Source: Tardiphaga sp.
Lineage (GTDB): Bacteria > Pseudomonadota > Alphaproteobacteria > Rhizobiales > Xanthobacteraceae
DNA length: 64,000 nucleotides
Reading direction: 5' to 3'
NCBI RefSeq assembly: GCF_028290495.1
Contig: NZ_JAQGJT010000113.1
Span: 5,694-69,693, forward strand
In this document: one piece after another, positions 46,322-58,494 of the stretch
How positions within the stretch are numbered: position 1 is the first letter of the stretch
Layout: each line of letters begins with the position of its first letter
Program-made: the position numbers and the translations under genes
Notes under the pieces: generated by a model
What the model saw: only the letters and a program-made list of their open reading frames with translations
The model's database searches: none
Told to the model about the DNA's origin: nothing

Positions 46322-47692
46322 CTACTTCACCACATTCCCCGACAACGACACCTGCGCATATTTTTGCGCGCCGTCGTTTGTCAGGTCCGGCGTCACGGGC
46401 TTCGCGTGATCGAGCCCGACCACCGCGCCGCGCGGCGCGCCCGAAATCATATTGCCGGAGACCAAAGCCGTGCCGGCGCCCGGCATCACCGAGACGCCGA
46501 TGCCGACAAAGGCGTTGCGGACCACGTTGCCGGTGATCGCGACGTCGCGCAGATATTTGCCCCAGCCGGCGACGATGCCGAACGACGGCGCATTCTCGAT
46601 GACGTTGCCGGTGACCGATGCATCGGCCTCGATATAGATGCCGACGCCGGCGTCGTCGTCCGGCGCGGTGCCGATCGGGCGCTTCGGCCTGAGATTGCGC
46701 AGGATGTTGCCCTGCACGACGGCGATGCGGCCGCCTTCGTTGAAGTTGCAGACGGAGACGCCGACCGCCGCGCCATCGACGGTGTTGCCCATGATCACCG
46801 CGGCCTCGAAGGCGAATTCCGAATACAGAGCGACCTCGCGGACATCGCTGACGCTGTTGCCGGAGATCTGGATGTTCGATGCCGAATTGCCGCGCACCGC
46901 GGAGTAGTCGCAGTTGCGGATGCGGTTGCCCCTGACGATCACATTGCCGGCGCGAAAGGCGTTGATGGCGTTGCCGAACTGTCCGGAGCCGCCGGGCCCC
47001 GCCGCGATGTTCTCGATGCGGTTGTCGATCACCATCGTGCCGTCATCGCCGATCGCGCTGCGCAGGATCTCGATGCCGTTGACGCGGGTGCCGAGAATGG
47101 TGTTCTGCGACACGATCAGGCCCTGCGCGTCGAACGACACGATCGCGGTGGTGGCGATGTCGGTGAACATGTTGCCGGAGACGGCGCCTGCGACCTTCTC
47201 CAGCCAGATGCCGGCAAAGCCCGAGCGGGCGATGGCGCAGTCCCGGATGCGCAGGTCTTTTGCGCCGGTGCAATGGATCAGGCCGCGGCGGTTCGGCAGC
47301 TTGATATCACCGCCGTCGAGCGTGAGGCCGCGCAAGTCGATGTGATCGGCGCCTTCGCCTGACAGTTGCGACGCCCCGCCGGTGAATTTCAGGATGGTCG
47401 CGCCGCGCACGCCGACCAGTTGCGAGCCGGTCGAAAGTTTCAGCAGGCCGCTGCGATAGATGCCGGGCGGCAGCGCCAGCGGCACCTGCGCGCGGGCGGC
47501 CTCGTCGATCGCGCGTTGCAGCGCGCGGGTCTGGTCGTCCGGGCTGTTGGCGCGCACGCCGTATTGGGTGGCGTCGCGACCGAGTGTGGAAGTGAGAGGG
47601 GCCGCGGGCGCGGCATTGACAGGCATCGCCAGCGCGCCGGCAGCGAGGCTGGCGGCAGAGGCCTTCAGCAGATAGCGGCGATGGACGAGCAT
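46322..47692 (-). CDS. TIGR03808 family Tat-exported beta-helix repeat protein
   Basis: HRRYLLK Tat motif, DQTRALQRAID, repeated xGNxI beta-helix turns, GNAINAFRA, ALYSEF. Confidence 0.88.
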   Translation of the reverse strand: MLVHRRYLLKASAASLAAGALAMPVNAAPAAPLTSTLGRDATQYGVRANSPDDQTRALQRAIDEAARAQVPLALPPGIYRSGLLKLSTGSQLVGVRGATILKFTGGASQLSGEGADHIDLRGLTLDGGDIKLPNRRGLIHCTGAKDLRIRDCAIARSGFAGIWLEKVAGAVSGNMFTDIATTAIVSFDAQGLIVSQNTILGTRVNGIEILRSAIGDDGTMVIDNRIENIAAGPGGSGQFGNAINAFRAGNVIVRGNRIRNCDYSAVRGNSASNIQISGNSVSDVREVALYSEFAFEAAVIMGNTVDGAAVGVSVCNFNEGGRIAVVQGNILRNLRPKRPIGTAPDDDAGVGIYIEADASVTGNVIENAPSFGIVAGWGKYLRDVAITGNVVRNAFVGIGVSVMPGAGTALVSGNMISGAPRGAVVGLDHAKPVTPDLTNDGAQKYAQVSLSGNVVK

Positions 47693-47860
47693 GGTCGCGT
47701 CTCCGGTTCGCCTACCTGAGTAGCGCAAAATGATGCGCATGGAGCGAAGCGGGGAGGGCGACGAAGCGGGATTGTGAGCGAAGGGTTAATTGGAAGACCG
47801 GAGCGCGTTTCTTCCCTCCCCGCAAAGGGGAGAAAACCATTCGCGCCATCGCGCCGTAAC

Positions 47861-48124
47861 CTACTCCGGCTTGCCCATCAGCGCTTGCTGGAATTCCTCC
47901 TGGGCGCGGGCGTCGCGCTCGTTGGTTTCCAGGCACTCGCCGGGCTCCGGCTGGCACGGGCGAATCTCGTAGTCGTTGTCGAGCACGCGGCGGGGCGTGG
48001 GTTTGGCGTCCTTGGCCTCGACGTCGGTGACGAGGCCTGAATCGGCGGCGAGTTTCCAGACGTCGGCTTCGGTCGGGTAGGTCTTGCTTAATTTCGCATC
48101 GTCGCAGAACAGCGCATAGGGCAT
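47861..48124 (-). CDS. Small acidic hypothetical protein
   Basis: 87 aa MPYALFCDDAKLSKTYPTEADVW; SD GGAG; typical high-GC codon usage. Confidence 0.75.
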   Translation of the reverse strand: MPYALFCDDAKLSKTYPTEADVWKLAADSGLVTDVEAKDAKPTPRRVLDNDYEIRPCQPEPGECLETNERDARAQEEFQQALMGKPE

Positions 48125-48148
48125 CGGATCGCTCCGGTAAAAACCAAT

Positions 48149-48173
48149 AACGTATGAAAGGGCTGCCGGTTCG
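48149..48173 (-). promoter_or_regulatory. EcfG/SigT general-stress-type promoter
   Basis: Minus strand CGAAC-N16-CGTT (consensus GGAAC-N16/17-CGTT), 25 bp upstream of the ATG. Confidence 0.6.
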
Positions 48174-48221
48174 CATCAAACATGTCGTGCAGGACATGCC
48201 GGACCGGCGTCACATGAAGCG

Positions 48222-49469
48222 TCAGCTCACCATCTTGTGAGGCGTGAACAACCGGCCTCGTTCCGTGATGCTGACCACGGCCAGCGCCGCCAGCGTGCAG
48301 ATGAAAAAGCCGATCGCAAAGGGCATCAGCGTGCCGTCGTAATCCTGGCCGATCGTGTAGCCGATGCCGATCCCCAGCAGGGTGGTGACCGAGCCGAACA
48401 GCGACGAGGCGGTACCGGCGATATGACCCTGCGGCTCCATCGCCAGCGCGGTAAAATTGGCGAACATCAGCCCGAAAGCGAACATCATCAGCACTGACAG
48501 GACCATGAACAGCGGCAGAGGCAGCATGTCGAACCGCGCCGCCAGCAGCATCAGCCCGGCCACGACGAGATGGCCGATCAATGCGCTGTGCGAGATGACG
48601 CGCATGCCGAGCCGGCCCACGAAGCGCGAATTGATGAAGCCGGCGACGGCGACGCCGATCGCGACGGCGGCAAAGGCCAGCGGAAAATAATGGCCGAGCT
48701 GGAAGATCTCGGTGAACACCTGCTGCGAGGTGAAGACGAAGGCGAACAGGCTGCCCTGGATGCCGCCGGCAGCGAGCGCATAGCCCAGCGTCTGGCGGTT
48801 GGTGATGGTCTGGCGGAACGCGCCGAGCACATTGCGTACATCGAGCGGACGCCGCTCCGACTTCGGCAGCGTTTCCGGCATCCGCAGCGCGCTCCACGCC
48901 AGCGCCAGGAAGCCGTACAGCGTCAGCGCAATGAACAGGCCGCGCCACTGCGTCATCAGCATGATGGCCTGGCCGAACGCCGGCGCGATCACGGGGACGG
49001 CGATGTAGACCATCATCGCCAGCGACATCACGCTGGCCATGCGGCGGCCGGCATAGCAATCGCGCACGATGGAGATCGCAATGACGCGCGTCGCGGCGGT
49101 GCCGAGGCCCTGCACAACACGGGCGAGCAGCAGCGTCTCGAAGGTCGGCGCCACGATCGCCAGCAGGCTGGCGGCGCAATACATCGCCATGCCGGTCAGC
49201 AGCACCGGACGGCGGCCGAAACGATCCGTCAGCGGGCCGATGAGAAACTGGGCGAAGCCGAAGCCGATCAGGAACGCCGACAAGACGGTCTGCAGCCGGT
49301 TGGCATTGCCAACGTCGAACGCCACGCCGATGTCCGGCAGCGCCGGCAGCATGATGTCCATCGCCAGCGGATTCAGCGCCATGATCGAGGCGATCACCAG
49401 CAGGAATTCCGGGAAACGCATCGGGCGGTGCGTCGAAGACACCCAGGCGTCGGCATTGATGTCGGTCAC
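48222..49469 (-). CDS. Bcr/CflA family MFS efflux transporter
   Basis: LAMDIMLPALP, GPLTDRFGRRPVLL, MPETL, about 12 TM helices. Confidence 0.93.
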   Translation of the reverse strand: MTDINADAWVSSTHRPMRFPEFLLVIASIMALNPLAMDIMLPALPDIGVAFDVGNANRLQTVLSAFLIGFGFAQFLIGPLTDRFGRRPVLLTGMAMYCAASLLAIVAPTFETLLLARVVQGLGTAATRVIAISIVRDCYAGRRMASVMSLAMMVYIAVPVIAPAFGQAIMLMTQWRGLFIALTLYGFLALAWSALRMPETLPKSERRPLDVRNVLGAFRQTITNRQTLGYALAAGGIQGSLFAFVFTSQQVFTEIFQLGHYFPLAFAAVAIGVAVAGFINSRFVGRLGMRVISHSALIGHLVVAGLMLLAARFDMLPLPLFMVLSVLMMFAFGLMFANFTALAMEPQGHIAGTASSLFGSVTTLLGIGIGYTIGQDYDGTLMPFAIGFFICTLAALAVVSITERGRLFTPHKMVS

Positions 49470-49513
49470 AGAAGGCGATCCTCAGGAGAACACCGCTGAT
49501 ATCGCGCAAATGC

Positions 49514-49525
49514 TGCATTGCACAA
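49514..49525. promoter_or_regulatory. PhaR-like binding site
   Basis: TGCATTGCACAA fits the recalled bradyrhizobial PhaR motif TGCRNYGCASMA at 12/12; 45 bp upstream of the MFS gene. Confidence 0.5.
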
Positions 49526-49609
49526 GCGAGCTTTGGGCATGGCAGCGTCGCAAAATCGGCGTTTCGCGCGAGCCGGGATGGACGCCCGGGATTACCGTCG
49601 GGTGGGACG

Positions 49610-50248
49610 TCATGCCTTGTGCCGGGCCGCCCGTGCCAGCCGCACGGTTTCGCGCAGCAGCGCTTCTCCGGCCAAGGTCAGTTCCTGCAGCGTCATCCGT
49701 CGCGAGGCGGTGTCGCGGGCCAGCAAGGGGACGTGGACGAAGGTGGCCAGCGCCGGGCCACCCGGCGTGCGCGCCGCCTCGATGCCACGCCAGCCAAGGT
49801 AGTTGCAGAGATAGCGGCCGGCATCGCGCGAGGCGCGGACATCGAGCCCGGTCCGCAGCGCGGCGCGCAGCAAATGGTGGGTATGCGGACCGAACGCCTG
49901 TGCGCCGGCGCCGCGGACGATCGCGGCCTGCCGCACCCGGGTGTGCTCGGCATCCGGCCACAGCATGGTGACGGCATTGCGCGCGCGGGACTCGACGCGG
50001 ACGAACGTCGTGCGCGATGCCAGGCCGAACATCAGCAACGCGTCGGGACGATGCCGCGCCAGCAGTTGCGGCAATTCGCGATCGACTGCGCCGTAGCAGA
50101 CCGGAAAAATATGCGCGATGCGGACGATATCGGCGAATGCCGGACGGCGTAGCACCGTCAGCCGCGCCACCAGCGCCTGCGTCGGATTGACCGGCGCGCC
50201 GGGAAACGGGCCGAAGCCGGTGATCAGGATGCGCAGGGGGGCGGCCAT
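49610..50248 (-). CDS. pcp: Pyroglutamyl-peptidase I (C15)
   Basis: ILITGFGPFPG..VNP, E.RARN, SRDAGRYLCN, FVHVP. Confidence 0.88.
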   Translation of the reverse strand: MAAPLRILITGFGPFPGAPVNPTQALVARLTVLRRPAFADIVRIAHIFPVCYGAVDRELPQLLARHRPDALLMFGLASRTTFVRVESRARNAVTMLWPDAEHTRVRQAAIVRGAGAQAFGPHTHHLLRAALRTGLDVRASRDAGRYLCNYLGWRGIEAARTPGGPALATFVHVPLLARDTASRRMTLQELTLAGEALLRETVRLARAARHKA

Positions 50249-50249
50249 T

Positions 50250-51269
50250 TCACTCCTTCAGCAGCGCGGCAATCTGTTCGGCGGCGACGGCCGGCGTGAT
50301 GCTGGCGTCGGCGACGTCCTTCTCGATCAGCCTCACTTTGGAGCGCAACGCGGGGTCGGCGCGCAGCTTCGACATCAGGCGCTGCTCCAGCATGGTCCAC
50401 ATCCACTTCACCTGCTGCTCGCGGCGACGCCCGGAAAAATCGCCGGAGGCGTTCATGGCGGTGCGGTGATCGAGAATTTTCTGCCAGAGTTCCTTGATGC
50501 CGGTGTGCGCCAGCGCCGAATAGGTCACGACCGGCGGATGCCAGTGCTCCGAGCGCGGCGTGAGTATATGCAGCGCGCCGCGGTAATCGCCCGCGGTGAT
50601 GTTGGCGCGTGTGAGGTTGTCGCCATCGGCCTTGTTGATGGCGATCATGTCGGCGAGTTCGATCAGGCCCTTCTTGATGCCCTGCAATTCGTCGCCGCCG
50701 CCGGGCAGCATCAGGGCGAGAAAGAAATCGGTCATGTCGCAGACCGCGGTCTCGGACTGGCCGATGCCGACGGTCTCGACCAGCACGACATCGAAGCCGG
50801 CGGCCTCGCATAACAGCATGGCCTCGCGCGTCTTCGCCGCGACGCCGCCGAGCGTGCCGGAGGACGGCGAGGGGCGGATAAAGGCGTTGTCTTCCGCAGA
50901 CAGCAGCGCCATCCGCGTCTTGTCGCCAAGGATCGAGCCGCCGGTGCGCGCAGAAGAGGGATCGACGGCGAGCACCGCGACCTTGTGGCCCTGTTTGATC
51001 AGGTCCATTCCGAGCACGTCGATGGTGGTCGACTTGCCGACGCCGGGCGAGCCGGTGATGCCGACGCGAATGGCCCGGCCGGTGTGCGGCAGCAGCATCT
51101 GCACCAGTTCGCGCGCCGCGGCCTGATGATCGGCGCGGCGGCTCTCCACCAGCGTGATGGCGCGGGCCAGCGCGGCGCGCGAGCCTGCGCGGAGCGAGGC
51201 GGCCAGGGTGGGGATGTCGAGCGTGCTTCGCGGAATAGCGGTGGGCCTTGGTATGTTCGACAATGTCAT
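50250..51269 (-). CDS. meaB: Methylmalonyl-CoA mutase-associated GTPase
   Basis: [52 protein letters not shown]. Confidence 0.95.
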   Translation of the reverse strand: MTLSNIPRPTAIPRSTLDIPTLAASLRAGSRAALARAITLVESRRADHQAAARELVQMLLPHTGRAIRVGITGSPGVGKSTTIDVLGMDLIKQGHKVAVLAVDPSSARTGGSILGDKTRMALLSAEDNAFIRPSPSSGTLGGVAAKTREAMLLCEAAGFDVVLVETVGIGQSETAVCDMTDFFLALMLPGGGDELQGIKKGLIELADMIAINKADGDNLTRANITAGDYRGALHILTPRSEHWHPPVVTYSALAHTGIKELWQKILDHRTAMNASGDFSGRRREQQVKWMWTMLEQRLMSKLRADPALRSKVRLIEKDVADASITPAVAAEQIAALLKE

Positions 51270-51610
51270 TTGCCGGCCGCGCGGATACGCTGTTCGGCGA
51301 AGGATTTCAGAGGTGGGATGTCGTTTTGAATGATCTCCCACACCTTATCGGCGTCGGTCGAGTGATAGGCGTGCCGCAACAGGCTGGCAAAATTGTTCAT
51401 CCCGCGCCAGTTGATGTGAGGAGCCTGTTGCTTGATGCTGTCCGGCAATTTCAGCGCGGCTTCACAGACGATTTCGAGCAGGCGCTCGGTCGCGAGATGA
51501 CGCATGTCGTCCGACGAGAATTCATCGAAACTGCGCCCTTCAACAAGCGTTTCGATCTTGGTCGTTGTTCGCAGGATGTCCTGATACCGGTCTTCGACGG
51601 AGGGTGGCAT
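51266..51610 (-). CDS. HepT-like HEPN (DUF86) protein
   Basis: [27 protein letters not shown]; directly follows an MNT gene. Confidence 0.85.
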   Translation of the reverse strand: MPPSVEDRYQDILRTTTKIETLVEGRSFDEFSSDDMRHLATERLLEIVCEAALKLPDSIKQQAPHINWRGMNNFASLLRHAYHSTDADKVWEIIQNDIPPLKSFAEQRIRAAGK

Positions 51611-51928
51611 TCAGAACACCTCGATCAGATCGTCGGCCATGCGTTCCCTGATGCGGGGCGTCAACTCTGTCGGATACATGAGGTGTGGCCAAATTCCGAT
51701 TTCGTCCTCGATCATGTTCATGACCTTGGACCAATCGAAGAACGGTCCGCCGCTAACATAAGGTTCATGTTCGATTAGGATATCCAGATCGCTGTCCGGC
51801 CGCGCATCGCCGCGCGCCCGCGAACCGAACACAGCGAGGCGTGTCACGCCCTCAGCCTTGATGGCAGGCGCAAGCTCGCGAAGTTTCGCGAGGATGGTGT
51901 CCAGAGGGATGTCGGCGACGTCGGTCAT
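51611..51928 (-). CDS. Minimal nucleotidyltransferase (MntA-like antitoxin)
   Basis: FGSRARGDARPDSDLD (GS-X10-DXD), 105 aa. Confidence 0.9.
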   Translation of the reverse strand: MTDVADIPLDTILAKLRELAPAIKAEGVTRLAVFGSRARGDARPDSDLDILIEHEPYVSGGPFFDWSKVMNMIEDEIGIWPHLMYPTELTPRIRERMADDLIEVF

Positions 51929-51963
51929 GAGCTGATATTATCATCATTGCCCGACGGCGTCAG

Positions 51964-54117
<2,154 letters not shown>

Positions 54118-54155
54118 GTCAGTTGCCTCTGGCGCACGTTGTGTCGGCGCTCATC

Positions 54156-54620
54156 TCAATCGTGATCCGGATTCTGATAGCTGAATACTTCGGCCGACTG
54201 CGCCGGGCCGTAGTTCTGCATCGTGGTTTTGCTCGGCAAATTCGTGATGGTGGCGACCCAGCCGAGCCGGGACTCGCTGCCGAACTGCTGCGTCGGCACC
54301 ATGCGGTCCGGGCGGTCGAAGGTGCCGGTCATGATCTCGATCTTCTCGCCGCCGATCTTGCGGTAGCTCAGCGGCGTGCCGCACTTCGCGCAGAAGTCGC
54401 GCTCGGCGATCGACGAGGACCGGAACGACGACGGCGTGCCGCGGGTCCAGGCGAAGTTCTCGTGCGGAATGTCGGCGAGGGAGGCGAACGGCGCGCCGGA
54501 GGCTTTCTGGCACATCCGGCAATGGCAGATGCTGACGCGGGTCGGCGCTGCCGAGATCGCAAAGCGGATCGCGCCGCATTGGCAGCCGCCGGTCAACGTT
54601 GTCTTGCCCGCCGTTCCCAT
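54156..54620 (-). CDS. GFA/CENP-V family Zn protein
   Basis: GGCQCGAIRF, CHCRMCQK, FCAKCGTPL. Confidence 0.92.
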   Translation of the reverse strand: MGTAGKTTLTGGCQCGAIRFAISAAPTRVSICHCRMCQKASGAPFASLADIPHENFAWTRGTPSSFRSSSIAERDFCAKCGTPLSYRKIGGEKIEIMTGTFDRPDRMVPTQQFGSESRLGWVATITNLPSKTTMQNYGPAQSAEVFSYQNPDHD

Positions 54621-54623
54621 TGA

Positions 54624-56489
54624 TCACTCCATTCGGCCGTATGCCGCCACCAGCATCGCCAGCGCATCGCCGCCGGCAAAGATGAAATCCTGCACGCCGG
54701 CCGCGCGCAAGGTCGCTTCCTGCTCGCCGGGCTTGCCTGCAAGATAGATATGTCTGGCGCCGACGGCTTGAAGGGCCTTCGCGGCGCTTGCTGCGTGATC
54801 GGGATACAGCTTGTCCGACGAACACAGGCAGGCGAACGGAGCGCCGGAGGCCTTGAAGGCCTCGGCCAGGGCTGTGGGATCGGCAAAGCCTTCGGTATCG
54901 ATCGCCTCGATGCCGCCGGTCTCGAAGAAGCTCTTGGCGAAGCCGGCGCGGGCGGTGAAATCGGCGGGCGTGCCGAGATTGGCGAGGAACACCTTTGGCC
55001 GCGCGCCCTTGCGGGCAAGCAGATGGTCGGACTTGTCGCGCAAGGCCTCGAACGGCACGGCGAGCCGGATCGGCTCCAGCGCATTGAACTTGATCTTGTC
55101 CTTGCCATAGGGCTTCGCCGGCGCCGGCTTGACCTTCAGCACGCTGGCGCGGGGCTCGTGCAAATTCGGAAATTCGCTGGCGCCGGTCAGCACTTCGCGG
55201 CGTTTGGCGATGCTGGCTTGCCGCGCCTTGCGCGTCGCGGAAATTCGCGGCTGGATCAGGTTGTTGCCGAGCGCGGGGAAGGCGCCGCCATTCTTCTCGA
55301 TGTCCTGGAACTGAGCCCAGGCGGCCTCGCACAATTCCTGTGTCAGCGCTTCGATGCCGCCTGCGCCGGCCGCGGGATCACTGACTTTGGCGAGGTTGGA
55401 TTCTTCCAGCAGAACGAGCTGGGTGTTGCGCGCGGCGCGGCGCGCGAACGCATCGGGCAGGCCGAGCGCCAGCGTATGCGGCAGCACGCAGATCGAGTTG
55501 GCGCCGCCAAGTCCGGCGGAGAACGTCGCCACGGTGGCGCGCAGCAGGTTCACGTAAGGGTCGCGCTGCGTCAGCATCCGCCATGCGGTGTCGGCGGCGA
55601 TGAACAATGGCTTGGGCGCGAGCCCGCAGCTTTCCTCGATCCGCGCCCAGAGCAGGCGCAGCGCGCGGAATTTCGCCAGCGTCAGGAACTGATCGGCGTC
55701 GGCGGAGAGCCGTGCATAGATCATCGAGCGTGCGACATCGACGGGGACGTTGGCGTCTTCCAGCACGCGCAGATAGGACACCATGACGGCCAGCACCCAG
55801 GCCAGTTCCTGCACTTCGGAGCCGCCGGCATCATGGATGATGCGGCCGTCGGCCACCGCGAACGGGCCCTTGAAGCCGGTCGCCGCGAGCTTCTTGATCG
55901 CTTCGGTGACGGCGGGCGCCATCTCCCACCAGTTATAGGCGCTCTGGCCCCACACCGCGGTGGCGCCGATCGGGTCATAGCCGAAGCGGATCTCGCATTT
56001 GGCGGGGTCAAAGCCCTTCTGCGTGATGTATTCGGCGAGGTGGACCGCGGCCATCCGCGACTGCGGGCCGGCGTGCAGTTCAATACCGATGCCGGCGTCG
56101 AGGAAGATGCCGTCGAGCACTTTCTCGATCGTCTCGGGCGTGGCTGGCAGGCCGAAGCCGCGCGCGCCGTTGGCGCCTTCAAAGATCAGCGCCAGCCCGG
56201 TCGCGCCGTTTTCGAGGTCGTGCAGCGCCTGCGCATTGGCCTTGGATGCGTCGGGATGGTCGACGCGTTGCACGATCTGCCACGGCGCGCCTGCGCCGCG
56301 GCCAGTGATCGGCGCTGCGTTTTCGGCACGGGTGTAGATCGGCTGGATCTTGATGCCGTCATAAGTCTTGCTGACCAGCTTCTCGAACGGCGCGCCCTTC
56401 AGCACGCCGTCGACCAGCTTGCGCCAGTCGTCATAGGTCGCGGGCGCAAAATCCGCGGCCAGCGTCAGGTCGTCCATCGCAGTCGGCAT
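54624..56489 (-). CDS. Methylmalonyl-CoA mutase small (non-catalytic) subunit
   Basis: KFRALRLLW, DPYVNLLRAT, ARNTQLVLLEE, DPAAG, CLCSSD; lacks DxHxxG. Confidence 0.93.
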   Translation of the reverse strand: MPTAMDDLTLAADFAPATYDDWRKLVDGVLKGAPFEKLVSKTYDGIKIQPIYTRAENAAPITGRGAGAPWQIVQRVDHPDASKANAQALHDLENGATGLALIFEGANGARGFGLPATPETIEKVLDGIFLDAGIGIELHAGPQSRMAAVHLAEYITQKGFDPAKCEIRFGYDPIGATAVWGQSAYNWWEMAPAVTEAIKKLAATGFKGPFAVADGRIIHDAGGSEVQELAWVLAVMVSYLRVLEDANVPVDVARSMIYARLSADADQFLTLAKFRALRLLWARIEESCGLAPKPLFIAADTAWRMLTQRDPYVNLLRATVATFSAGLGGANSICVLPHTLALGLPDAFARRAARNTQLVLLEESNLAKVSDPAAGAGGIEALTQELCEAAWAQFQDIEKNGGAFPALGNNLIQPRISATRKARQASIAKRREVLTGASEFPNLHEPRASVLKVKPAPAKPYGKDKIKFNALEPIRLAVPFEALRDKSDHLLARKGARPKVFLANLGTPADFTARAGFAKSFFETGGIEAIDTEGFADPTALAEAFKASGAPFACLCSSDKLYPDHAASAAKALQAVGARHIYLAGKPGEQEATLRAAGVQDFIFAGGDALAMLVAAYGRME

Positions 56490-56621
56490 GTAAAAACGTC
56501 ACTCCCGGACATTGCTTCGTCATTGGCCCGAAAATGCCACGTCGGGACAGGGAAGCCAATGGGTTACAGGGCATGGCTCCGGCGCTGCTGCACGTGGGTA
56601 CCCCCGCCGCCTCACACACCA

Positions 56622-56726
56622 CTGTCGTCGCCCGGCTTGACCGGGCGATCCAGTAAACGGTGCCGCTGCGGCTCCATCGCGGGCGTCGGCGATTACCGGG
56701 TCGCCCGCTTTCGCGGGCGATGACAG
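56622..56726. repeat. GTCGTCGCCCGG-type REP dimer
   Basis: CTGTCGTCGCCCGGCTTGACCGGGCGATCCAGTA...GGTCGCCCGCTTTCGCGGGCGATGACAG. Confidence 0.85.
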
Positions 56727-56749
56727 GGGGGGCGTGGAAGCCGTGGGGT

Positions 56750-57241
56750 TTACTCGACGTCGGGCAGCTTCGTGATGCCGTCCGTCCGCGCGACCTTCAG
56801 CCACTCGTCTACCGTCTTGCCAGCGATCACGCGCTGCGGAGCGATCTCGGCAAGCGGCACCAGCACGAAGGCGCGTTGATGGGCGCGGGGGTGCGGCAGC
56901 GTCAGTTCCGGCTTGGCGATCACCACGTCGTCATAGGCGATCATGTCGAGGTCGATGCCGCGCGGGCCCCAGCGCGTCTCGCTGGCGCGGTTGCGGCCGA
57001 ATTTCTGTTCGATGCGGTGCATCGTGAACAGCAGGGCGTGCGGATCAAGATCGGTCTCGATCTCGATGGCGGCATTGACATAGTCGTCCTGCGGCACGCC
57101 GCCGACCGGGGGCGTGGCATAGTCCGACGAGCGCGCGATCAAGGCTGCCTGCGTCATGCCGCAGATGTTGGAGATCGCCTTGCGGAAGGTGTCGCGGACG
57201 TCGCCGATATTGCCGCCGAGCGCGATGAGGACGCTGGCCAT
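56750..57241 (-). CDS. folK: HPPK
   Basis: IALGGNIG, RWGPR.IDLD, LTLPHPR...RAFVLVPL. Confidence 0.95.
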   Translation of the reverse strand: MASVLIALGGNIGDVRDTFRKAISNICGMTQAALIARSSDYATPPVGGVPQDDYVNAAIEIETDLDPHALLFTMHRIEQKFGRNRASETRWGPRGIDLDMIAYDDVVIAKPELTLPHPRAHQRAFVLVPLAEIAPQRVIAGKTVDEWLKVARTDGITKLPDVE

Positions 57242-57244
57242 CGT

Positions 57245-57610
57245 CTACTTCCTGGTGCGGGTGAGGATGACGCCGACGTCGTCGAAGATCGCGGCGATCG
57301 GCGCGTGCGGCTTGTGCACGGTGATCTTGACCACGCTGATCTTCGGAAACGCCGCCAGCACCGCTTCGGCGACCGCGCCGGCTGCGCGTTCGAGCAGCTT
57401 GTAGTTGACGTCCTTGAACGCGGAGATCGCGGTCGCCACGACATTGGCATAGGAGACGGTGTCGCCGAGGCGGTCGCTGTGCGAGGCCTCCGCGATATCC
57501 GCGGTGAGCTCGAGATCTATGACGAAGCGCTGGCCGACGTGAGATTCATGATCGAGCACGCCGTGATGGGCATGCACCGAAACGCCCTTGATGAAGATCA
57601 TGTCGCTCAT
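57245..57610 (-). CDS. folB: Dihydroneopterin aldolase
   Basis: HAHHGV...E...GQRF.ID, DTVSY, LLE, KPHAPI. Confidence 0.95.
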   Translation of the reverse strand: MSDMIFIKGVSVHAHHGVLDHESHVGQRFVIDLELTADIAEASHSDRLGDTVSYANVVATAISAFKDVNYKLLERAAGAVAEAVLAAFPKISVVKITVHKPHAPIAAIFDDVGVILTRTRK

Positions 57611-58449
57611 TTGGAATCCTCGATGCTTGCTGCGACGCGCAGCGCCTGCACGGTTTCCGCAACGTCATGCGCGCGGATGATGGTGGCGCCGCGCTGCATC
57701 GCCAGAAGATGCGCGGCCAGCGAGCCGCCGAGCCGCTGCTGCGGTTCGGAGGGCACGACGGTACTGATGAATTTCTTTCGGGAGGCGCCGACCAGGATCG
57801 GCAGGCCGAAGCTGGCGAGTTCTGGCAGGCGCGCGAGCGCGATCATGCTTTGCTGTGGCGTCTTGCCGAAGCCGATGCCGGGATCGAGCACCAGGTTTCG
57901 GGGCGCGATGCCTGCTTTCGCGGCGATGTCGAGTGTACGCGCGAAGAAGCTCTTCATGTCGGCGACGATATCGATCGACGGATCGACCTCGTCACGGTTG
58001 TGCATGACGACGACCGGCGCATCGAAATCGGCGACGACGCGGGCCATCTCGGGATCGTGCTGCAGGCCCCAGATGTCGTTGGCGATCGCTGCGCCGGCAG
58101 CGAGCGCCCGGGCCAGGACCGACGCCTTCATGGTGTCGATCGAGACGGGGATGCCGAGGGCAATGACCTCGGCAAGAACCGGCGTGAGGCGCTGCCATTC
58201 CTCGTCGGCGGTAATTGGCTGCGAGCCGTACGGCCGGGTGGATTCGGCGCCGATGTCCAGAATATCCGCGCCGCCTTCGATCATGCGGCGGGCCTGCGCC
58301 AGCGCGCGCTCCGGCGCATCGAACTGGCCGCCGTCCGAGAAGGAGTCCGGGGTGACGTTGAGGATGCCCATGACGGCGGGATACGGCCGCGACAGCATCG
58401 CGGCCAGCACCGGATGGCGCGAAACGGGGTTTGCAGGGCCAGCGCTCAT
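57607..58449 (-). CDS. folP: Dihydropteroate synthase
   Basis: MGILNVTPDSFSDGG, DIGAESTRP, LDPGIGFGK, GASRK, IRAHDV. Confidence 0.97.
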   Translation of the reverse strand: MSAGPANPVSRHPVLAAMLSRPYPAVMGILNVTPDSFSDGGQFDAPERALAQARRMIEGGADILDIGAESTRPYGSQPITADEEWQRLTPVLAEVIALGIPVSIDTMKASVLARALAAGAAIANDIWGLQHDPEMARVVADFDAPVVVMHNRDEVDPSIDIVADMKSFFARTLDIAAKAGIAPRNLVLDPGIGFGKTPQQSMIALARLPELASFGLPILVGASRKKFISTVVPSEPQQRLGGSLAAHLLAMQRGATIIRAHDVAETVQALRVAASIEDSK

Positions 58450-58494
58450 GGCGTGGCTTTGCGCGACGGGGAGAGGGGAGTCAAGATGGCCATC

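Noticed and set aside
56490-56620. GCCAC...GGGAAG resembling a cobalamin riboswitch upstream of the mutase genes
   Set aside because: It is on the wrong strand for the mutase genes and the other conserved B12-element segments are absent.
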